In this document: in pieces, positions 10,159 to 19,271 of the stretch
Position numbering within the stretch: the first letter of the stretch is position 1
Layout: every line of letters starts with the position of its first letter
DNA from: Candidatus Nomurabacteria bacterium RIFCSPHIGHO2_12_FULL_42_19
Lineage (GTDB): Bacteria > Patescibacteriota > Minisyncoccia > Phycocordibacterales > UBA9973
Assembly (NCBI GenBank): GCA_001786955.1
Contig: MFUM01000008.1
Span: forward strand, 11,062-75,061
Direction: 5' to 3'
Length of the DNA: 64,000 nt
Program-made: the position numbers and the translations under genes
Notes under the pieces: model-generated
The model's input: only the letters and a program-made list of their open reading frames with translations
What the model was told of the DNA's origin: nothing
The model's database searches: none

Positions 10159-10635
10159 CTATCTGCGCCTGTAGCCGATGATGGGGGCGAACACCCCTTG
10201 CCCCCCCTGGAGTCCGCCGCCGTAGGGCGAGGGGACAACGACCTGCAACGGCCGGTGGTCGTCCCGGCTGTTGTCGCGGCGGACTTCGTTGTCCTGGCGC
10301 GATTGTTCGCCGATGTGGCGGAGTCGCTCGACCTCAGCCGTTGTTTCGGCGGCCAAGATTTTTTTCGCCGCTTCGAGAGCAGACTCGGCTTTCACGAGTG
10401 CCAGCTTCGCTTCAGCGATTTTCGTCGCTGCCTCGATTTCCGCGATCTTTTTGTCGGTCGCGGTGACCGTCGTGGCCGTCATGTCGGTCGCCGTCTGTGC
10501 CGACACCGCCAGTGTGCAAGCCTGCCCGGTCGTGGAGCTGAACGCTGCCCCGGCCGTACAGCCTGCCGGGAAGGTTTGCGCCGACGCGGTGCCGACGAGT
10601 CCGAGAGCGAACACGACGACGAGAGTGAGTTTCAT
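10159..10635 (-). CDS. Hypothetical secreted protein (PAGC...STTGQAC motif, coiled coil), GC-rich
   Basis: SD-like GAGGAG upstream of MKLTLVVVFALGLVGTASA signal peptide, followed by Ala/Glu/Lys heptads. Confidence 0.7.
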   Translation of the reverse strand: MKLTLVVVFALGLVGTASAQTFPAGCTAGAAFSSTTGQACTLAVSAQTATDMTATTVTATDKKIAEIEAATKIAEAKLALVKAESALEAAKKILAAETTAEVERLRHIGEQSRQDNEVRRDNSRDDHRPLQVVVPSPYGGGLQGGQGVFAPIIGYRRR

Positions 10636-10920
10636 GGTAATCTCCTCGTGAACTGGCGGGGTTAGCCACCGGGTTGATGGTATCTTTTTTTGGGTCTCCG
10701 TGCCTGGAAGCACTAATTTTTTTACTTGCAAACACGGAAACCCAATTATTTTAAAGAGCTGACTACTGGGGATAGTATAGCATATCTATACACAAAAGTC
10801 AAGGGTGCCGGGAGGGAAACTCGGTCACAGGTATTTTTCTACTGAAAAATCCTGCGACCCCGTCTCGGTACGTCTGCCTCCGACTTTCGAGTCTGGCAAA
10901 AATATATCCCATATATTTTG

Positions 10921-11002
10921 TGCCGGGAGGGAGACTCGAACTCCCAAGGGTTGCCCCACTAGTTCCTAAAACTAGCGCGTATACCAATTCCGCCATCCCG
11001 GC
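10921..11002 (-). tRNA. tRNA-Leu(TAG)
   Basis: Reverse complement GCCGGGATGGCGGAATTGGTATACGCG-CTAGT-TTTAGGA-ACTAG, long variable arm, GGGAGTTCGAGTCTCCC. Confidence 0.95.
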
Positions 11003-11113
11003 ATGTAAATTCTCTCGTGCTTCGGTCCGCACTTTGTGGTCAGGAATAGTTTTCTGCTGAAAACTTTCCCAACCCGGACTCGCTCCGTCTCGCACAAAGC
11101 ATCCCATGCTTTG

Positions 11114-11186
11114 TGCGCCCTGAAGGGATCGAACCTTCGACCTTATCCTTAAGAGGGATCTGCTCTACCAGCTGAGCTAAGGGCGC
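11114..11186 (-). tRNA. tRNA-Lys(CTT)
   Basis: Reverse complement GCGCCCTTAGCTCAGCTGGTAGAGCAG-ATCC-CTCTTAA-GGAT...GGTTCGATCCC. Confidence 0.95.
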
Positions 11187-11348
11187 AAATATTTTATTTT
11201 TTCAAGAAACAATTATTTATTATCTTATAATCTTTCGACCTACCAAAACAGCTAAGGGCGCATATAAATTTTAAAACAGCTATGCCTGCCCGTCCGTAGC
11301 GTAAGCGAAGGCGGGGGCGCAAATAATTTATTTTTTTAAAAAACAAAG

Positions 11349-11432
11349 TGCCCGGGGTGGGAATCGAACCCACATGACCTTGCGGTCGGGAAATTTTAAG
11401 TCTCCTGCGGCTACCAATTACGCCACCCGGGC
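11349..11432 (-). tRNA. tRNA-Leu(TAA)
   Basis: Reverse complement GCCCGGGTGGCGTAATTGGTAGCCGCA-GGAGA-CTTAAAA-TTTCC, long variable arm, GTGGGTTCGATTCCCAC. Confidence 0.95.
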
Positions 11433-11466
11433 AATTATAATGTTTTAATTTTCAAATTACAAACGG

Positions 11467-11538
11467 AGGCCTGGGGCGGAATTGAACCGCCGTATATTCC
11501 TTTTGCAGAGGAATGCCTTACCACTTGGCTACCAGGCC
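11467..11538 (-). tRNA. tRNA-Cys(GCA)
   Basis: Reverse complement GGCCTGGTAGCCAAGTGGTAAGGCA-TTCCT-CTGCAAA-AGGAA...GGCGGTTCAATTCCGCC, U73 discriminator. Confidence 0.95.
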
Positions 11539-11572
11539 TTACACTTTTTCTTGCTAATATTTTATCCTCTGC

Positions 11573-11621
11573 GCAGAGGAATGGCATATTCGCTACGCTC
11601 ACGCCACTTGGCTACCAGGCC
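11573..11621 (-). pseudogene. Relic 5' half of tRNA-Cys interrupted by foreign sequence
   Basis: GCAGAGGAATG and CCACTTGGCTACCAGGCC match tRNA-Cys exactly but are separated by about 20 unrelated nt. Confidence 0.7.
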
Positions 11622-11746
11622 GAATTTTTTTGAAATAGCTCTTCTCAAAATGCACACATAATTTTCTGCTGAAAATTTGCTCTACTCGGCCCAGTCGGCC
11701 TGCGCAAGGCATTTCTCAAAGACTATTTCAAAACATTCAACTAATC

Positions 11747-12070
11747 CTAACCGTTTCGCAGCAGTTCGTCAATTTTCTGCCTGTTTTTTTCGCCCTGGTC
11801 TATCGCTACGTCCAGAAAAGGGATTATTTTTATCGGCATGCTCTTTTTCAAAAATTCTCGCAGTTCCGATCTCTTGCGTTTCGCAAATTCCAGCGCATCG
11901 TGTTCTTTGGCAGTCGGGAGCACGGTAATGAATATAGTAGCTCGTTTCAGGTCAGGCGAGGTGGTACAGGACATAACCGTGATGAGCGAAGTCCTGTTGT
12001 TTTCGCGCCCCAAAAATTGCGCTGCCAGTTCTTTGATTTGATTCGCTACTTTTTCATTCCTGTTTGTCAT
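11747..12070 (-). CDS. rbfA: Ribosome-binding factor A
   Basis: RNEKVANQIKE, ITV...SPDLKRATIFIT, IPFLDVAID; directly downstream of infB. Confidence 0.9.
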   Translation of the reverse strand: MTNRNEKVANQIKELAAQFLGRENNRTSLITVMSCTTSPDLKRATIFITVLPTAKEHDALEFAKRKRSELREFLKKSMPIKIIPFLDVAIDQGEKNRQKIDELLRNG

Positions 12071-12112
12071 GATGTTTTTCTCCTCCTGCGAAGGGGGAGA
12101 TTAAGAGGGGGT

Positions 12113-13690
12113 CTATTTCTGCACTACGTTGAACGCTTCTATCATGTCTCCGGCCACAACTTCTATTTTTGATTCAATCATCATCCCAAACTCGGCGCCT
12201 TCTTCCACGATGCTTGTTTTTACCTTGTTTTTTTCTAAATTCACGATTTTTCCGCGGCCAATTTCAAATTCCCGGCGCATTATTTTTACCGTGCTATTCA
12301 GGTTGATTTGTCCTTCAATTACTTTGCCTCCGACTATTTGGCGTTCTTTTGTGCGGCTAAAAGCCCGGATAATTTTTGCCCGGCCAGTTGTTTCAATTGT
12401 TTCAATTCTCGGTCTTTTTTCTTCCATTTGTTCCTCGAGCCACTCGGTCAGTTTATAAATAATATTAAAAAAAGAAATTATTACTCCTCTTTTTTGCGCG
12501 ATTTCTATGGCGCTCTTGTCGGTCTTCACGTTGAATCCGATGACCAGCGCGTTAATGCCGGATGCCACTCCTTTTATATCCGATTCGGAAATAGGCCCGA
12601 TGCCTTTTCCGACAATTCTGAATTCGGCATTCTTGCTTACGGTGGCGTTAAGCTCGGAGTTTATTTTGGCGATTTCTTTTTCAATAGCTTCAATTGAGCC
12701 GGAAACGTCGGCTTTTAATATTATCGGTATTACTTTTTTACCACTCCCAACCCCCTCCTTATCAAGGCGGGGAATTTCTCCTCCTCGTTGAGGAGGAGTG
12801 TCTGAAGGGTGAGGTGGTAAATTTTTGGCATATTTTTCAGCGTCCGATTTTTTTTGAAAAGATTTGAATTGCGCTCCGACTCTCGGCATCTTGTCAAAAC
12901 CCACAATGCGTATCGGGGAAGAAAAACTGGCTTCGTCTATCATTTTTCCCGAAAAATTTTCAATTATTCGCGTGGAGCACAGGCTGTCTTCCACGACGAC
13001 GGTCATCCCTTTTTTAATTGACCCGTTTTTTATAATCAAAGTTGCCAGTATTCCGCGCCTGGAATCTAGATTTACTTCGATTACAAAGCCGGAAGCGTCT
13101 TCTTCAATGCTGCCGGTCAAATTTTCCATTTCAGCTAAAATCAAGATTAGCGACAGCAGATTGTCTATTCCCGTGCCGATTTTCGCGGAAATTTCCGCGT
13201 AAGGGACTTTTCCTCCGTAATTTTCCAGATAAATTTCATTTTCCGCCAATTCTTTTTTTGTTTTTTCTACATTGGCGCCCGGCTTATCTATTTTATTTAT
13301 TGCGACAATACACGGAGTTTTGGATTCTACGATGGTTTTCCAGGCCTCAATCGTTTGTGGTTTTACGCCATCTTCAGCCGAAACGACCAGAATGGCAATG
13401 TCAGCTATTTGCGCACCTCGTTCCCGCATTTTTGAAAAAGCCTCGTGTCCGGGAGTGTCCAAAAAAGTTATTTTTCTATCTTTCCCATTTTCACCTGCCT
13501 GCGCAGGCAGGTCTTTATGCACAACTTCATAAGCGGAGATTTTCTGAGTTATGCCTCCGGCTTCATTTTCAGTGATATTCGTCTTCCTGATATAATCAAG
13601 CAACGTTGATTTTCCGTGATCAATATGGCCCATAACAACTACTATAGGCGCACGAACCTCCAAATTTAATTTTTTGTCATTTTTTTCCAT
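12113..13690 (-). CDS. infB: Translation initiation factor IF-2 (short form)
   Basis: PIVVVMGHIDHGKSTLLD, EAGGITQ, FLDTPGHEAF, NKID, ILKADVSGSIEA. Confidence 0.97.
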   Translation of the reverse strand: MEKNDKKLNLEVRAPIVVVMGHIDHGKSTLLDYIRKTNITENEAGGITQKISAYEVVHKDLPAQAGENGKDRKITFLDTPGHEAFSKMRERGAQIADIAILVVSAEDGVKPQTIEAWKTIVESKTPCIVAINKIDKPGANVEKTKKELAENEIYLENYGGKVPYAEISAKIGTGIDNLLSLILILAEMENLTGSIEEDASGFVIEVNLDSRRGILATLIIKNGSIKKGMTVVVEDSLCSTRIIENFSGKMIDEASFSSPIRIVGFDKMPRVGAQFKSFQKKSDAEKYAKNLPPHPSDTPPQRGGEIPRLDKEGVGSGKKVIPIILKADVSGSIEAIEKEIAKINSELNATVSKNAEFRIVGKGIGPISESDIKGVASGINALVIGFNVKTDKSAIEIAQKRGVIISFFNIIYKLTEWLEEQMEEKRPRIETIETTGRAKIIRAFSRTKERQIVGGKVIEGQINLNSTVKIMRREFEIGRGKIVNLEKNKVKTSIVEEGAEFGMMIESKIEVVAGDMIEAFNVVQK

Positions 13691-13693
13691 ATA

Positions 13694-14161
13694 TTATACT
13701 TTGGCTTTTTGCAGCGCCTCTTTTTCTTCAGCCGAGAGTTCGTATTCGGATTTTCCATTCTTGACAGGCTTGGCAAATACGCTCATTCGTTCACGGGAAT
13801 ATAAGCTTGAAATTACCAGACCATCGCCTTCCTCATCCAGCATTCCAATCGCAAAACTCTGATTGCTACCCTGGTCGGGAAACGGGTTGAAACGTATTGT
13901 CTCAAGCCCACGAATGCTTTTTTTAAGCTTGGTATTTATCACGGAAATATTTTTTTCCATGTTTTCTTTTGCGATTTTTAATTTGCCGATTTCTTGTTCC
14001 AGCACAACAATAGTATCCTCTAAATTCTTCGCTTTTTTACCGAGGAAAAATCTCTTTAGGCGTTTTTCGGTAACTATCGCCCAAACAGCGCCAATCAAAA
14101 CGGCGATTCCGATAAAAACAAAAAAAGCCAAGAGAAAAATATTATCGAGCTTTATATTCAT
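13694..14161 (-). CDS. DUF4446-like membrane protein
   Basis: N-terminal TM, coiled coil, RFNPFPDQGSNQSFAI..LD..GDGLVISSLYSRE...FAKP..ELSAEE. Confidence 0.8.
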   Translation of the reverse strand: MNIKLDNIFLLAFFVFIGIAVLIGAVWAIVTEKRLKRFFLGKKAKNLEDTIVVLEQEIGKLKIAKENMEKNISVINTKLKKSIRGLETIRFNPFPDQGSNQSFAIGMLDEEGDGLVISSLYSRERMSVFAKPVKNGKSEYELSAEEKEALQKAKV

Positions 14162-14185
14162 GCACTTTCAATATATACTATTTTC

Positions 14186-15457
14186 ATGCCTAAATCAAAT
14201 AAAAATAAGCTAAAAAATATATATCTTGACTATGCCGCTTCGGTCTCGGCTAACCCAAGTTCGATACATTTACTGGGAACAGAAGCCAAAAATGAACTTC
14301 AAAATGCGCGGAGAGTTGTTGCGGGGGTTTTGGGCGTCCGATTCGAAGAAATAATTTTTACGAGCAACGGCACAGAAAGCAATAATCTTGCAATTCAGGG
14401 AATAATTTATGCTGCAGAAAAGCCAGGTTTTCTTCCGCATATTATAACCACCAATATAGAACATCCTTCTGTGTTTGAAACCTGTAAGTTGCTGCAAAAA
14501 AGAAAACTGGCGGAAATTTCTATCATACCGGTCGAGGAGAGTGGAATAGTGGACCCTAAAAAAATAAAAAGAGAAATTAAAAAAAACACGGTGCTTGTTT
14601 CGGTAATGTATGCGAACAATGAAATTGGAACCATCCAGCCGATAAAAGAAATTGCAAAAGAAATTAGACACTTTAAGAAAGTGAAGGCAGGAAGTTTTTC
14701 GAATGGTCTGGCCGGGATTGGGCTGGAATCTGCCCTAAAGACAGATTCCAAAGAGAACCGAGGACCTGAGAAAAATTTACTGCCTTCACGAACTTATCCT
14801 TTTTTCCACACTGATGCTGTGCAGGCGGCAAATTATCTTGATTTAAATGTGGAGAAACTCGGTGTAGATATGTTGACGCTCTCCGGTTCAAAAATTGAAG
14901 GAGCAGGCAGGGTGGGGGTTCTTTATAAAAAGAAGTCAGTACCGCTTGCACCGATATTCGGTGGAGGGGATCAGGAAATGGGACTGCGGCCTGGGACGGA
15001 AAATTTACCGGAGATTTTAAAATTTGTTGAAGCGTTAAAATTAGTCCAGAATGTAAAAGAAAAAGAGGCGAAACGTTTAGCCAAACTCCGCGATTATTTC
15101 ATAAATAAAATTTTTAAAAATACTAGAAACTCAGCGATAGCAGAAAGTTTAGTAATTTTGAATGGAGACGGTAAGAAGCGTTTACCGAATAATGTAAATA
15201 TTAGTTTTCCAAAAATTCCGAGTGATCTTTTAGTTATTGAACTTTCAGCCAAAGGTATAATGGTGTCTTCAAAAAGCGCCTGCAAAAGCGGAGAGAGTGG
15301 AGGTTCGTATGTTATCAAAGCGATACATCCTGAAATAGATTCTGAAACCGGCGGATTGCGTTTTTCATTAGGCCGACAGACAACTAAATCTGACATCGAT
15401 TATACCGTTAAAGTTTTATCCGAAATTTTGACAAAACTGAAAAAATGGTATAATTAA
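14186..15457 (+). CDS. iscS: Cysteine desulfurase (IscS/NifS family)
   Basis: IYLDYAAS, NPSSIH, FTSNGTESNN, ANNEIGTIQPI, HTDAVQA, LRPGTEN, SSKSAC. Confidence 0.92.
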   Translation: MPKSNKNKLKNIYLDYAASVSANPSSIHLLGTEAKNELQNARRVVAGVLGVRFEEIIFTSNGTESNNLAIQGIIYAAEKPGFLPHIITTNIEHPSVFETCKLLQKRKLAEISIIPVEESGIVDPKKIKREIKKNTVLVSVMYANNEIGTIQPIKEIAKEIRHFKKVKAGSFSNGLAGIGLESALKTDSKENRGPEKNLLPSRTYPFFHTDAVQAANYLDLNVEKLGVDMLTLSGSKIEGAGRVGVLYKKKSVPLAPIFGGGDQEMGLRPGTENLPEILKFVEALKLVQNVKEKEAKRLAKLRDYFINKIFKNTRNSAIAESLVILNGDGKKRLPNNVNISFPKIPSDLLVIELSAKGIMVSSKSACKSGESGGSYVIKAIHPEIDSETGGLRFSLGRQTTKSDIDYTVKVLSEILTKLKKWYN

Positions 15458-15460
15458 AAA

Positions 15461-16234
15461 ATGGATATCAAGGAATTAAACAAATCACAACTTATATTAT
15501 TGGCAGTGCTTTTGAGTTTCATTACCTCTATCGCCACCGGCATTACGACTGTAACCCTGATGCAGCAGGCACCGGCATCTTTTACCGTGCCTGTTAACCG
15601 TATCATCAAGCAGACAATTGAAAAGATAGAGCAGGTGGAAGGCAAGACCACGGTCCAGACTGTAATTGTCAAAGAAGAAGATTTAGTGGTAGATGCCATA
15701 GCAAAAAGTAGGTCTGCCGTATTTGTCGTAAGCAAAGAGATCCTTGATACGGATGGAAAAACTATTGAAGTTTCAGCTGGCAGGGGATTTGCAGTTTCCG
15801 CGGACGGCATAGTCGCAGTTGATGCCAATCTTGTATCGGATAAGGGGGTTTATTACGTAAAAAATGACAGCGGAAAATTTAAAGCGGATTTTATGTCTTT
15901 AGACAAAGCGGGTTTTTCTTTCCTTAAAATAGGAGCCTCGCTTGACGAAAAGAATAAGCTTGTTTTTACCGTTCCCGCTTTTGGAGATCTGGAGAAGATG
16001 AAGATCGGACAGAAGGTTTTATTATTGGGCAATACAATATCTTCTTCTATTTTTGAAGGGAATAAAAATGTCAACATTAATGTTGCAAAATCAAATGCCG
16101 GAGGGCTGGTCCTTAATTTAGACGGCGAGGCTCTCGGCATCGCCCTCTTTGGTGACACGACAAATTTTGCTTCAATTGGAGCAATCACTGAGGCTTTAAA
16201 GTCAACAGAAACAGTAATTCCTAAAACGCCGTAA
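15461..16234 (+). CDS. HtrA/trypsin-like membrane protein with degenerate catalytic triad
   Basis: N-terminal TM, SAGRGFAVSADG, NAGGLVLNLDGEALGI. The His and Ser positions are substituted. Confidence 0.7.
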   Translation: MDIKELNKSQLILLAVLLSFITSIATGITTVTLMQQAPASFTVPVNRIIKQTIEKIEQVEGKTTVQTVIVKEEDLVVDAIAKSRSAVFVVSKEILDTDGKTIEVSAGRGFAVSADGIVAVDANLVSDKGVYYVKNDSGKFKADFMSLDKAGFSFLKIGASLDEKNKLVFTVPAFGDLEKMKIGQKVLLLGNTISSSIFEGNKNVNINVAKSNAGGLVLNLDGEALGIALFGDTTNFASIGAITEALKSTETVIPKTP

Positions 16235-16283
16235 GCAATAAAATTATTTTAAAATTGAAAATTAGAAATCAATAATCAAATAT

Positions 16284-19004
16284 ATGCCGCCATTAAATAA
16301 ATTTACAACCAAAGCCAAAGACGCCATTAAAAAAGCCCATGAGCTGGCTATTGAGCGCGGGATGAACCACGTGTCTTCGCTTCACTTGCTGGCGGCGCTT
16401 TTGCTTCAGGAAGAGTCTATGGTGAATTCTATTTTGGATAAATTAGAGATTGACACGATGCTTTTGACTGATTCCGTCGTGGAACTAATCGAACTGCCGG
16501 AATCGCGCAGTACTCTTTCGCCGTCGTATCAAATTTATCTGAATCCCGATTTAGCCCAAGTCATCGAACAATCGGCCAAATTGGCGGAATATATGAAAGA
16601 CGATTTCGTTTCAACCGAACATCTTTTTATCGCTATCTTGGAAGTCACTAGTGAAGCGCGCGAGACTTTGGCGCGGTTCAGGATCCATAAAGACCAGGTA
16701 ATAAAAGTTTTAGAAGAGCTTCGCAGCCAGAATATCACCGATGTTTCCGAACCGAAAAAATTTAAATTATTGATAAAATACACCCGCAATCTGACCAAGC
16801 TGGCCAAAGAAGACAAGCTGGATCCGGTTATCGGCCGCGATAATGAAATAACCCGCATCATGCAGATACTCTCGCGCCGGACCAAGAATAATCCGATTTT
16901 GATAGGCGAAGCGGGAACTGGCAAGACAGCCGTGGTGGAAGGCCTGGCCCAGATGATTGCAAAAAATAATGTTCCCGAATCTTTAAAAGACAAAGAACTT
17001 GTTTCGCTTGATTTAGGATTGCTCGTGGCCGGCACAAAATATCGCGGAGAGTTTGAGGAAAGGCTGAAAGGCATTATGAAAGAAATTGAGCGGTCCGACG
17101 GAAAAATTATTCTCTTTATTGACGAGATTCATACAATTGTCGGCGCCGGAGGAGCCGAAGGCACGATGGATGCCTCAAATATGCTGAAGCCGGCGCTTTC
17201 TCGCGGGGAATTGCGGGCTATCGGCGCGACGACTTTGCGGGAATATCAGAAGCACATTGAAAAAGATCCGGCTCTGGCCCGCCGATTTCAGCCGGTTTAT
17301 ATTGACGAGCCCAGCGTGGAAGACGCTATTGCCATCCTGCGCGGACTTAAAGAAAAATACGAACTTTTTCATGGTATACGTATTACGGACGATAGCATAA
17401 TTGCCGCGGTCAATCTTTCTTCCCGCTACATCACCAACAGATTCCTACCGGATAAAGCCGTAGATTTGGTTGATGAAGCTTCTTCGTCGCTTAAAATAAT
17501 GCTTGAAAACAAGCCGCCAGTCTTAGAGGACGCGCACAGAAGGACAATGCGTCTAGAAATAGAGAAAGAAGCGCTGAAAAAAGAAATCATTTCTTCAAAT
17601 GGCGGTCAGAAAGATAAGCAAAAAGAAAAGGAAATCAAAAACAGAATTAAAGAAATAGACAAGGAAATAGGCAATTTGTCCGAAAAAACCAGGGAGCTTG
17701 AATTAAAATGGCAGAACGAAAAATCAACCGTAATTGAAATCCGGGCAATCAAGAAAGAATTGGAAAGCATCCGTCTGGAGGCCGAGGATGCGGAAATGAA
17801 AGCGAATCTTTCCCGGGCGGCTGAAATACGCTATGGAAAAATACCTGAGTTGAAAAAAGAACTTGAAATAAAGCTCGCGCGGCTGAAGAAATTGCAAAAA
17901 TCGCGCAGAATTTTGAAAGAAGAAATTACCGCCGAAGATATTGCCGAAGTAGTCGCTCGTTGGACCGGCATACCGCTTACCAAAATGCTTGAAGAAGAGC
18001 GCGAGAAGCTTGATAAGATGGAAACAGAATTAAGGAAAAGAATTGTCGGCCAGGATGCGGCAATCAAGCGGGTTGCCGACGTCATTCGCCGTTCGCGCGC
18101 CGGCATCGGGGATCCGAACCGCCCGATTGGTTCCTTCATATTTTTGGGACCGACCGGGGTCGGCAAGACCGAGCTCACCAAAGCCTTGGGTCAATTCATG
18201 TTCAATGACGACAATGCGATTATCCGGGTAGATATGTCCGAATACATGGAAAGGCATTCAATGTCCAAGCTAATCGGTTCTCCGCCGGGCTATGTGGGTT
18301 ATGATGAAGCGGGTCAGCTGACCGAAGCCGTCCGGCACCGGCCTTATGCCGTCATACTTTTTGACGAAATTGAAAAAGCTCACCCGGAAGTTTTCAATGT
18401 GCTTCTGCAGGTTATCGACGAAGGCAGACTGACTGACGGGAAAGGAAGAGTGGTTAACTTCAAAAACACCATTATTATTCTTACCTCCAATATCGGCTCG
18501 CAATTCGTGGAAAAAATGGAATCAATCGGATTTTCCAATAATTCCAAGAAACAGGATTACGGCAACATGAAGGAAAAAGTTATGGAAGCGTTGAAAGATA
18601 ATTTCCGCCCGGAATTTCTGAATCGCCTGGATGAAATTATTGTTTTTGACGTTTTGTCGGAAGAGTCTCTCAAAGAAATAGTCGGCCTACGGATTAAAAT
18701 AGTCCGGGATCGCCTGGCAGGCAAAGGAATAAATCTTGAAATTTCCGATGAGGCTCTTTCATACTTGGCAAAAGAAGGCTATGACCCGCACTATGGCGCT
18801 CGCCCCCTGAATCGCCTGATTCAAAATAAAATTTTGAATCCAGTCGCTTCATATATCATTTCAAACGGAGTCAAGAAAGGAGATGCTGTTTTTGTGTCTG
18901 TCAAAAATAGTGAACTTGCCATTGAAACCAAAAAAGGCCTGTTCACCGGTAGGCGTGGAAAGATTAAGAGTTCCATTCGCGTACAATCTCATTCTGCGGT
19001 ATAA
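16284..19004 (+). CDS. clpB: ATP-dependent chaperone ClpB
   Basis: Clp N-domain, two AAA+ modules ([16 protein letters not shown]), long middle coiled coil, [11 protein letters not shown]. Confidence 0.95.
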   Translation: MPPLNKFTTKAKDAIKKAHELAIERGMNHVSSLHLLAALLLQEESMVNSILDKLEIDTMLLTDSVVELIELPESRSTLSPSYQIYLNPDLAQVIEQSAKLAEYMKDDFVSTEHLFIAILEVTSEARETLARFRIHKDQVIKVLEELRSQNITDVSEPKKFKLLIKYTRNLTKLAKEDKLDPVIGRDNEITRIMQILSRRTKNNPILIGEAGTGKTAVVEGLAQMIAKNNVPESLKDKELVSLDLGLLVAGTKYRGEFEERLKGIMKEIERSDGKIILFIDEIHTIVGAGGAEGTMDASNMLKPALSRGELRAIGATTLREYQKHIEKDPALARRFQPVYIDEPSVEDAIAILRGLKEKYELFHGIRITDDSIIAAVNLSSRYITNRFLPDKAVDLVDEASSSLKIMLENKPPVLEDAHRRTMRLEIEKEALKKEIISSNGGQKDKQKEKEIKNRIKEIDKEIGNLSEKTRELELKWQNEKSTVIEIRAIKKELESIRLEAEDAEMKANLSRAAEIRYGKIPELKKELEIKLARLKKLQKSRRILKEEITAEDIAEVVARWTGIPLTKMLEEEREKLDKMETELRKRIVGQDAAIKRVADVIRRSRAGIGDPNRPIGSFIFLGPTGVGKTELTKALGQFMFNDDNAIIRVDMSEYMERHSMSKLIGSPPGYVGYDEAGQLTEAVRHRPYAVILFDEIEKAHPEVFNVLLQVIDEGRLTDGKGRVVNFKNTIIILTSNIGSQFVEKMESIGFSNNSKKQDYGNMKEKVMEALKDNFRPEFLNRLDEIIVFDVLSEESLKEIVGLRIKIVRDRLAGKGINLEISDEALSYLAKEGYDPHYGARPLNRLIQNKILNPVASYIISNGVKKGDAVFVSVKNSELAIETKKGLFTGRRGKIKSSIRVQSHSAV

Positions 19005-19088
19005 AAATCTATTAAAAAAGATGCAAAAATAACAATTTTGTGTTATTTTATACTTGTCCTGCCGAAACTTTAGTGAAGGCGGATGCAC

Positions 19089-19171
19089 GCGTCGGTGGTA
19101 GAGTGGTCAATTACAACAGACTGTAAATCTGTCGCCTTAGGGCTACGAAGGTTCGAATCCTTCCCGACGCA
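19089..19171 (+). tRNA. tRNA-Tyr(GTA)
   Basis: GCGTCGG...ACAGA-CTGTAAA-TCTGT, long variable arm, GAAGGTTCGAATCCTTC-CCGACGCA. Confidence 0.95.
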
Positions 19172-19271
19172 CAAAAACTTGCAGTTTTTATAAAATTATG
19201 TTATAATATCAAGTAATAAGAAATATAGAGAAAGCCTGAAGGCTTTTTTGTTTGATTTATATAAAAATAAA

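Noticed and set aside
10090-10665. Long + strand ORFs (191 aa and 126 aa)
   Set aside because: They are antisense shadows of the GC-rich minus-strand gene, which has the SD and signal peptide.
10799-11107. 102-aa minus-strand ORF
   Set aside because: It overlaps tRNA-Leu(TAG) and repeat elements and has no protein-like features.
14681-14789. In-frame inserts as inteins or self-splicing introns
   Set aside because: They are too short and lack intein C/S...HN termini or group I/II core motifs. The frame stays open, so retention in the protein is the simplest reading.
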